64,000 bases of DNA, taken from assembly GCA_965223265.1 (NCBI GenBank), contig OZ244999.1, positions 8,416,001-8,480,000 of the forward strand, in the 5' to 3' direction. The position numbers and the translations under genes are program-made. Shown here one piece after another: positions 57,198 to 64,000 of this stretch (positions are counted from its first letter, which is position 1; the number at the start of each line of letters is the position of its first letter). This DNA is from Planctomycetota bacterium (GTDB taxonomy: Bacteria > Planctomycetota > UBA8108 > SXIK01). The notes beneath the pieces are model-generated. The model saw only the letters and a program-made list of their open reading frames with translations. It was not told the DNA's origin and ran no database searches.

Positions 57198-58184
57198 TCA
57201 GCGTTTCGTCACGAGGAAGATTCCCAGTGCGATCGCTGCTCCCGCACAGAGGAGCACCGATGAGAGATCATCGCCGCGAAAGAGCACCGCCCACAAAACG
57301 CCAAACAGAGGCGTGGTGAAGCTGAACACTGCGATCTTCGTGGCCGAGTATGTCTTGAGCAATTGGGCCTGAATCGCAAAGCACAGCCCGCCGACGAAGA
57401 CACCCTGGTAGACGAGTGCGAGAAGCGCCGGACGGGTGAAATCGGTGAGTGACACCTCCTCCGTGAAAGCACTGGCGACAGCTAGCAACCCGACGCCGAT
57501 GATGTCGTGCCACAACATGAGCTTTCCAGGCTCGACTCGTTTGAGTGCGGCTTTCGTGAAGACAATCTTGATTCCCAGGAGTACCGAGCTGATGAGTAAA
57601 ATCACGTCACCGAGGAGCGAGGGTGTGTCGCGGGCGATGTCTTCTGCAGCGGTCGGCGCTGCGGATGTATTGAGGACGAGAAACATGCCGGCGGCGGCAC
57701 AGGCGAGGCCGAGCACACGTCGAGGCGCCAGGCGGTAGGTCGCAGTGACGAAATGTTCGATCAGTACGACCCAAAAAACGAAGGTGTTGATGAAGAGCGA
57801 GCCATGCGAGGAACTCGATTTTTCGACGCCGACATGAAAGAGCGCGATTTGGACGAAGAGTAGAAAGCCCGCGATCGAGATATCTCGCCATTGACCGCGC
57901 CGTGGTAGGAGGTGATCGCCAAGGACGAAGCACCAAATGAACATGAAGAGGGCTGCGAGGGCGAAGCGGATCGCGGCGACAGCGATCGGTGGCAGCGTGT
58001 CCACCGAGTAGCTGATGGCGACTGGAGTGCCACCCCAAAGCGCCGACGTCAGCAGGCAAAGGCCAACGGCAGTGGCGGTGAGGTTCGCGTCGGGGGCCGC
58101 GATCGGTTGTCGCGGGGGGTCAGACATTGCAGCGGCTGCCATGGGTTTGAGTCCGCCGACGCGCGTGGACCTTGTTGGACTCAC
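57198..58184 (-). CDS. DMT/EamA family transporter
   Basis: About 10 TM helices, LWGG, AIRFALA, FTTPLFGV. Start uncertain. Confidence 0.9.
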   Translation of the reverse strand: MSPTRSTRVGGLKPMAAAAMSDPPRQPIAAPDANLTATAVGLCLLTSALWGGTPVAISYSVDTLPPIAVAAIRFALAALFMFIWCFVLGDHLLPRRGQWRDISIAGFLLFVQIALFHVGVEKSSSSHGSLFINTFVFWVVLIEHFVTATYRLAPRRVLGLACAAAGMFLVLNTSAAPTAAEDIARDTPSLLGDVILLISSVLLGIKIVFTKAALKRVEPGKLMLWHDIIGVGLLAVASAFTEEVSLTDFTRPALLALVYQGVFVGGLCFAIQAQLLKTYSATKIAVFSFTTPLFGVLWAVLFRGDDLSSVLLCAGAAIALGIFLVTKR

Positions 58185-58205
58185 GTGCGAATGAGAGCAT
58201 CGGGC

Positions 58206-59063
58206 TCATTCCAGAAGTGCGCGCGCCGCAGTGCACGCGGATCGGAGAAACTGAGCTACCTGAGCGTACTGCGCACCGCCATCCGCAGTGCGGTCGACGC
58301 TCGAACCCGTCAGTACTGCAGCAAAGAAACCTTCCCGATGCCAGGTACCCCCTCCGGCCAATGCAGGCAGAGAGGAGGCACTGGGACGGGGGTAGGGACT
58401 GACGTAGAAGTACGGCTCCGGGAACGTTGAGTCGCCGGGCGACAGCCCCACGCCGACGGAGCGGCCGGCTTCGGCGCCCAGCTCGGGATCGAGAAGGATC
58501 AGCGACCCGATGTCGAAGTGATGCGGCCAACAGCGTGGCGAGGTCGCCGTCGCTTCAGTCTCGGCGATTTCACGCAGCATGGTGAAACCGTTCTCGAACC
58601 AAAGCGCGAGCTCGGACAACGCAGACGGATCAGCGAGCGAGAACGGGGCGCCAGAGTTCACCGGATGGCTTGGCATGTCGTAGTCGCGAAGCTGCAGCTT
58701 GGCGTCAAGCTGCGTGCCGGTGCGGCTGGCGACGGTCGCCCTCAACCAATCGAGCGCGGCGGCGAGCGTCTCGTGTTCGAGAGCCTTCCTCTCGAGAATC
58801 TCCTCGTTCGAATCGAGCAGCACAATGCTGAAACTGCGGACGCAGAGGCCGGCGTAGAGACCTGAAGGGATCGAGTGCGACATCAGCGCACCACGGGCGT
58901 CGCTCCAGCCGAAATTGCTTTGGCTGTCGTCGGCTCGCCTTGGAATCATCGCATCGCCGACTGCCGCGATTGGCTGCGCAGCCCAGTGCAGCTGTACGCG
59001 AGCCTCGGAGAGGGCGGTGGGCGCAAGAGAACCAACTTGTTTCCACGACGACGATGTCATCAA
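58206..59063 (-). CDS. DUF5996-like hypothetical protein
   Basis: QLHWAAQ, RCWPHHFDIG, GLSPGD, EPYFYVSPYP. Confidence 0.72.
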   Translation of the reverse strand: MMTSSSWKQVGSLAPTALSEARVQLHWAAQPIAAVGDAMIPRRADDSQSNFGWSDARGALMSHSIPSGLYAGLCVRSFSIVLLDSNEEILERKALEHETLAAALDWLRATVASRTGTQLDAKLQLRDYDMPSHPVNSGAPFSLADPSALSELALWFENGFTMLREIAETEATATSPRCWPHHFDIGSLILLDPELGAEAGRSVGVGLSPGDSTFPEPYFYVSPYPRPSASSLPALAGGGTWHREGFFAAVLTGSSVDRTADGGAQYAQVAQFLRSACTAARALLE

Positions 59064-59080
59064 GCTCCTCTCGGGCTTCC

Positions 59081-60427
59081 TTAACGTTTCGAGCGTTTGA
59101 TGCTCTTTCGCGCAGCGATGAATTGTCGCAGCGCAGAGCGAAAGGCTTTTGGGGGCGCTACTACTCGCGCGACGAGCAAGGTGCCTGGACGGAGAGTTAG
59201 ATACTCGGCGCGAATGATCTGCACTCCGCCTTCATCGTCTTTCGTTTTGAAGGTAAACGCCTTTGCCGGGCGCAATGAGCTCGACACGTTCTCGGTTCGA
59301 GTCTTCGGGTCGGTCTTCTTTAGCTCTTTCTCCAACGCTTTGAAGTAAGGTCCCGCGGCGATCTGTGTAGGGCCATCGGCCAAGTTAAAATCGATCTGTG
59401 GCATCCCGTCTTCGACATCAACGGTGCGAAGGAAAGCCCGATGGTTCGGGTGTTCCTTCTCCCTCTCTAAAGGAGCGTAATAGCTCGGTAGCCTGACAGT
59501 CACACCGTGAGGTTCCAAGTGAACGACGTTCGACCGCTGCCTCGCCTTGCGCCTCTTTCGCGTCTCTGCGGACTTGCCGATCGTTGTCGTGAGTTCGATC
59601 TCGCAAGTACCCTGCCCTTCGATCTTGAGATCCCTGGAACTACCCTTCAACTGGAAAGAGCCTTCCAGTGACAGCGAACGGACCCGTCCTTCGTCAGAGC
59701 TGGCGACAATGTGTCCCTTGAGTTGATAGCGGACGCTCACCTCTACGCCTTGCACTTCCACGCTTTCGCTGAACGTGGCCGAACCTTCGAATCGTGAAAC
59801 TGCGTTCTCCGCCTTGAACGAAACGAGTTTCATCTTGGCGGTAGCTTCTTCGATCGGACCCTCATTGCTCAGCAGAACCGAAGCGATCCACGATAGATCC
59901 AGCTTGTAGGTCTTACCCACTTGAGCTGCGCTGGGAAGGTCGATCCAAACGCTCGCGCTATACTGGTGGCGAAGCATCTGATCGATGAATCTTTGAGGGA
60001 ACGCCCGATCTCCGATCACTTCGATCTCTGCGTCGCCGTCCTTCTCCCTGAACTCCACCTTGGATCCGCCCAAGGGTGAATCCGCGATGCCGATGTTCGT
60101 TGTCGTCCACGTCTTCACGTAGTGTCGCACTGCTTTGACGTGCTCTTTCGTCAAGATCTCGTGCGTGTCCACGAATTCGAGCTCGTCAGTTGACTTCGCT
60201 TTCATCGTGTGAGACTTCTCGCCTACGCGTGTCTCCAGCTGACCTTCCACGGTGAGTGTGCGTTCACAGAGAAGTGGACGGTCGACGGGAATTCCGAAGG
60301 ACGTGTCGACACGTTCGGAATTGCCTTGCGGCGCGTCTGCCATGGCGCTGAAGTCGAGAAACACAAGAATGACGGTGAAACAACGCGCGATGAGTGCGCA
60401 CTGCCATGACGTCTTCGTTTGTACCAT
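59081..60427 (-). CDS. Hypothetical secreted beta-rich protein
   Basis: Long ORF filling the gap; leader ending SAMA-D; no recognised family. Confidence 0.7.
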   Translation of the reverse strand: MVQTKTSWQCALIARCFTVILVFLDFSAMADAPQGNSERVDTSFGIPVDRPLLCERTLTVEGQLETRVGEKSHTMKAKSTDELEFVDTHEILTKEHVKAVRHYVKTWTTTNIGIADSPLGGSKVEFREKDGDAEIEVIGDRAFPQRFIDQMLRHQYSASVWIDLPSAAQVGKTYKLDLSWIASVLLSNEGPIEEATAKMKLVSFKAENAVSRFEGSATFSESVEVQGVEVSVRYQLKGHIVASSDEGRVRSLSLEGSFQLKGSSRDLKIEGQGTCEIELTTTIGKSAETRKRRKARQRSNVVHLEPHGVTVRLPSYYAPLEREKEHPNHRAFLRTVDVEDGMPQIDFNLADGPTQIAAGPYFKALEKELKKTDPKTRTENVSSSLRPAKAFTFKTKDDEGGVQIIRAEYLTLRPGTLLVARVVAPPKAFRSALRQFIAARKSIKRSKR

Positions 60428-60558
60428 CGCCAGATATCTCCCGCTGCCACTGGATCGTTCTGTAAGTCTCGACTGCAGCAAATGTGCCCGAGAATCGGGT
60501 TTCGCGCAACGGTCAGTCACGCCTTGTTGCGCGTTGCGGCGCACACGTCGGCGGTAGT

Positions 60559-60588
60559 GCTATCGAGGCGGCGCTATCGAGGCGGCGC
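60559..60588. repeat. 14-bp tandem duplication GCTATCGAGGCGGC x2
   Basis: Directly visible between the sucrose synthase stop and the next gene. Confidence 0.7.
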
Positions 60589-60689
60589 AAAACTCTCGCT
60601 GACGCGCGGTCGACTTTCTCTTCGGCGGGGAGCTTCACGCGGAAGATCTCGCGGATCAACTGCGGTACCCAAGGGCGCGCCACGATACC

Positions 60690-63074
60690 TCAGTGAGGCA
60701 CCGCTGCCGCAAGTGGACGATACTGGAGCGCATAAAACATCTCCAGGTAGCGATGCGTCTCTTCGCGCTCCAGGTTGGTGACGTACTTCCAGAAGCCATA
60801 GATTCTCGACAGCGTCATCAGGCGGTCGGCGTAGCGTGACCAAGTGTACCTCTCCTGCACGCGCTCCACCGCTGCCGCAGAGAGACGCTCCCAGACAGAG
60901 CCGTCGCGTCGGCACTCGTCTAGGAAATCAGCGATCGCATCACTCGAACTCTCGCCATGATTTGGATCGATGTGGAAACCCGATACGCCGTGCTCAATGA
61001 TCTCGAGAGGGCCGCCATAGCGTGTGGCGAACGTCGGTAACCCGGACGTCATAGCTTCGATGACAGTCAGGCCAAACGCCTCGAAGAGCGCGGGCTGGAC
61101 GAACACACCGCGGCGATCCGCGACGAGGCGATACAGCTCTCCGCTCATGTTCTTTTCGAGTTGCACTCCAAGCCAGCGCATTTCAGGATCGAGCGCATGC
61201 TGATCCATGAGGCGATGCATGCGCTCGATCTGAGCGCGCTCGTCATGGTCCTGACTCAACGCTGGGTCGACGTGGCCGGCGACAATCAGAAGGTTGGCGA
61301 GTTCTCGCAGGCGCGAATTCTCTCCGAACCACTCCACCAGTCCGGTGACGTTCTTGATGTGGTCCAGCCGAGCGATCGTGAAGATGATCGGCTTCGTAGG
61401 GTCTTCGAAACATCCACGGGTCTTGGGATGATCGTTCTCTTTGAATACGAGTGACTCCAGCTCGGCGAGGACGTCGTGGAAGCGATGCTCAGTTTCAACG
61501 TACGGGAAGTAGACGTCGGGGTTTGCGCCAGGAGAAACGATGTTGAACTTTGGGTCGAACATGTCGATGCCGTCGACGACGCGATACAGGTCCGGCAACG
61601 TGAAAGACTGATAGCTTTCGTACTGCCCCACAGTCTGTTCGGTGCCTGCGATCTCTTGGTAGGTGCTCGTGATGATGAAGTCCGCTTTGTTCATCGCGAT
61701 GAGGTCCGCGGTGAACTGGCACGCGAAGTGGTAGTCCGCGTCGTTTTCCTTCCAGTAGAGGTCGGAAAAGAGGTACTTGGTCTTCTCCAGGGCGTGGGCG
61801 ATGTTGCACTGCGTGACATGAAGCCGCCTGGAGAGAATCGACGCGACCAGGTTGCCGTCGGAGTAGTTGCCGATGATTAGGTCTGGTCGTCCGCTGAGCT
61901 CGGCGATGATCTCTTTCTCCGCTTCCTGCGCGAAGCGCTCAAGAAAAGGCCAGATCTTGAAGCGCGAGATCCAGTGGGGGACGACCTCACCGCTTCCCGA
62001 GCGAAAAGGTACGCGCAAAATCTTGGCGTTACTCGTGCCAACAATCGGCTCGAGACGCTGATCGCACGTCGTTCCTTGCGCCTCCGGAATCAGGCGCGTC
62101 ACCACCAGGATCTGCGGCACGATGTCGAGACCCTGCTCATGCACACGGCGCACCATCTCCTGCTCGAGCGCGCGTACTTGATCCAGAATGTAGACCACCT
62201 GACCGCCTGTGTCCGGAAGGCCAAGAACACCCGCCTGGGCGAAGTAGCCGTGCGGAGACAGGATCGCCAAGTTGAAGATCATCGGAATGCGACTGAGGAA
62301 TCTCTCGAGTGCCTGCGGTTCCGGTGCTTCGAGAATGTCGAGAAGCAGCCGTAGGTTCTCGTCGATGAGAGCGACCGTGCGCCCCCAACCTGGCGCAAAT
62401 CCGAGTGGCTGCAATCGTGCGGCTACGTCGGCCCACGTGGCGTCCGAGTTTTCGGACGCGAGGACGTCCAGACCGTGGCGTAGCGTGTCGCGAAGCGCTG
62501 GAACGTCGCGCACGAGGTCGGTCAGCATGAGCTGCTGCCCACCGCACTGGTGGACGCGTAGGAAGTCGAGGAGTCGCCGGTCACCTTTACCAAGCTCGTC
62601 GAAGAGCTGACTCGACAACCGGCGATTGAGGAATTCAACCCCACGCCCGATCGATCGCGACTCCTTCAATTTGGGAAAATCGCGATTGAACGGCGCCAAA
62701 TCGATCTCGAGTGTCAGGGTGGATTCGGCTTGTTGACTCGCAACGCGTTCCTTGAAGCGAAGGAACTCCGACACACTGATCGTCTCCCGCTGCCAGGCTT
62801 CGACATGAAATCTAACGTACGACCACGTTGCGATGCGGTCGCGAAGCGCGATGTAAACCCATGGTGCAGAAATGGCCGCCTCTTGGCTGAGCTTGATCGA
62901 AGAGGCGAGCGAGGAATCGACAAGATCGGCGTGGCCGTTCTCGCTGCAAAACGTTTCGAACGCATCCCAAAGATCTGAGCTGAGCAGAAACGGTTTGTCG
63001 AGTTTGACAAGCTGCCGGAGCAGCGCGAAGAGAACGTCGTCGTCGGAGTTGAAGTGATCGCCGGAGAGGCTCAT
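60690..63074 (-). CDS. susA: Sucrose synthase (GT4)
   Basis: IGRGVEFLNR, SPHGYFAQ..LGLPDTGGQVVYILDQVRALE, PDLIIGNYSDGNLVA, IAHALEKTKY, VQPALFEAFGLTVIEAM. Confidence 0.96.
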   Translation of the reverse strand: MSLSGDHFNSDDDVLFALLRQLVKLDKPFLLSSDLWDAFETFCSENGHADLVDSSLASSIKLSQEAAISAPWVYIALRDRIATWSYVRFHVEAWQRETISVSEFLRFKERVASQQAESTLTLEIDLAPFNRDFPKLKESRSIGRGVEFLNRRLSSQLFDELGKGDRRLLDFLRVHQCGGQQLMLTDLVRDVPALRDTLRHGLDVLASENSDATWADVAARLQPLGFAPGWGRTVALIDENLRLLLDILEAPEPQALERFLSRIPMIFNLAILSPHGYFAQAGVLGLPDTGGQVVYILDQVRALEQEMVRRVHEQGLDIVPQILVVTRLIPEAQGTTCDQRLEPIVGTSNAKILRVPFRSGSGEVVPHWISRFKIWPFLERFAQEAEKEIIAELSGRPDLIIGNYSDGNLVASILSRRLHVTQCNIAHALEKTKYLFSDLYWKENDADYHFACQFTADLIAMNKADFIITSTYQEIAGTEQTVGQYESYQSFTLPDLYRVVDGIDMFDPKFNIVSPGANPDVYFPYVETEHRFHDVLAELESLVFKENDHPKTRGCFEDPTKPIIFTIARLDHIKNVTGLVEWFGENSRLRELANLLIVAGHVDPALSQDHDERAQIERMHRLMDQHALDPEMRWLGVQLEKNMSGELYRLVADRRGVFVQPALFEAFGLTVIEAMTSGLPTFATRYGGPLEIIEHGVSGFHIDPNHGESSSDAIADFLDECRRDGSVWERLSAAAVERVQERYTWSRYADRLMTLSRIYGFWKYVTNLEREETHRYLEMFYALQYRPLAAAVPH

Positions 63075-64000
63075 AGCGTCGACTCGAGCTCGTCCTCTCG
63101 CTCAGCTTCCGTCTCGTCCGTCGGCCGCGTCGCTTCTGCCCCGTGAGGATCGTGGTCGTTGTCCGACCTAAAGAAGCGATAGTGCTCGATCGCCTCCACG
63201 ATTCCTGACGCGTAGGGCGCCGAGGCGAAATAGATGTTCGGCTGTCCTCGCAACTTCCCGAGCTCAGCGCTGTGGTTGCCGACCACGACGGCGAGAGTTT
63301 CGCCGCGCAGCATCTCCTCGTCGTTGCCGGAATCGCCGGCGACGAGAATTCTGTCGATTGCAAGATCCCACTTCATAGCTAGGTGTCGCAGCGCTTTTCC
63401 TTTCGACGCACGAACCGGTAAGACATCGAGATAGGCCTCATGTGAATAGACGACCTTTGCTGCCAACTGATGTTGACGGAGCGTCCTCAAGATATCGCGC
63501 ACCGCCGGCATCTTCTTCGGTTGTGCGAAGTAGCTGATCTTATGTTTTCTCTGGTGCTCGCTTGGCTGCAGCTTGAGACCTGGAATCGCGGCGAGCGTGG
63601 CACGGATCTCCTCAGGATTCCACCGATAATCGATGTGTCGCTCCCAAGCGCCGTCATGGGTCAGCTGCGAGCCGTAATGAATCTCAGTTCCGACGGACGT
63701 CATCCAAACATCGGGATCCGGCACCCTCCACTTACCCAGAATCCTTCGTGCGCTCTCTAAACTGCGGCCGGTCGCGACGCCGAGCCCGACGCGTAGATCT
63801 TGGTCCGCCAAGAGCTGCAGGAGTTCGCGCAGGCTCTCTTCCTCGCCGATGAGCGTGTTATCGATGTCGGTGATCAGGAGACACTCCGCAATCGGCAGTC
63901 GATTTCGATACTCAGATGTCGGCCGCCGTTTCGTCGCTTTGGCGAGCAGCTTTGATATCTCGCGCAGATAGAGGCTGGCATGACCGGTCCACGAGTAAAA
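63071..64000 (-). CDS. Sucrose-phosphate synthase/phosphatase fusion, C-terminal part (5' end outside the window)
   Basis: The frame is open to the window edge: FYSWTGHASLYL (end of the GT4 domain), then HAD-IIB motifs LLITDIDNTLIG, ATGR, TSVGTEI, LDVLPVRASKG, GDSGNDEEML. ATGA overlap with sucrose synthase. Confidence 0.9.
   Translation of the reverse strand, partial: FYSWTGHASLYLREISKLLAKATKRRPTSEYRNRLPIAECLLITDIDNTLIGEEESLRELLQLLADQDLRVGLGVATGRSLESARRILGKWRVPDPDVWMTSVGTEIHYGSQLTHDGAWERHIDYRWNPEEIRATLAAIPGLKLQPSEHQRKHKISYFAQPKKMPAVRDILRTLRQHQLAAKVVYSHEAYLDVLPVRASKGKALRHLAMKWDLAIDRILVAGDSGNDEEMLRGETLAVVVGNHSAELGKLRGQPNIYFASAPYASGIVEAIEHYRFFRSDNDHDPHGAEATRPTDETEAEREDELESTL

Noticed and set aside
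60559-60588. Tandem 14-mer as a CRISPR remnant or iteron
   Set aside because: Only two adjacent units, no spacers, and no cas or rep genes.
1-64000. tRNA/rRNA genes, CRISPR arrays, prophage, integron or defence island
   Set aside because: By eye I found no cloverleaf or rRNA signatures, regularly spaced repeats, integrase, transposase or phage genes. A tRNAscan/Infernal run would be needed to exclude small RNAs.

Overview
A 64-kb GC-rich bacterial chromosomal segment. The gene content points strongly to Planctomycetota (inference): DUF1501 and DUF1549/DUF1553 modules, PQQ-like beta-propellers, Tat-exported Gfo/Idh/MocA oxidoreductases, dockerin-type 'RGDANDDG' modules and an ECF sigma/Ser-Thr kinase pair. 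About 45 CDS are supported. They include truB, nfo, a menC/NSAR enolase-superfamily enzyme, sucrose synthase with a truncated sucrose-phosphate synthase/phosphatase, an orphan N4-cytosine DNA methyltransferase resembling CTAG methylases, an AAC(6')-I-like GNAT, and two tandem dockerin-bearing S8 proteases. I saw no rRNA, tRNA, CRISPR array, transposase or integrase. Notable structure not explained by the ORF track: (i) a 252-bp MITE-like element (21-bp perfect terminal inverted repeats, GCTAG flanking duplication) plus two solo copies of its end, lying near the putative CTAG methylase; (ii) a Cys-substituted catalytic motif shared by both S8 proteases; (iii) a HEAT protein-ECF sigma-giant kinase operon; (iv) twin TetR operator palindromes; (v) a frameshifted PmoA/DUF6807-like gene and an SRPBCC remnant; (vi) a candidate structured RNA. 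All family calls come from motif recognition by eye, not database searches.
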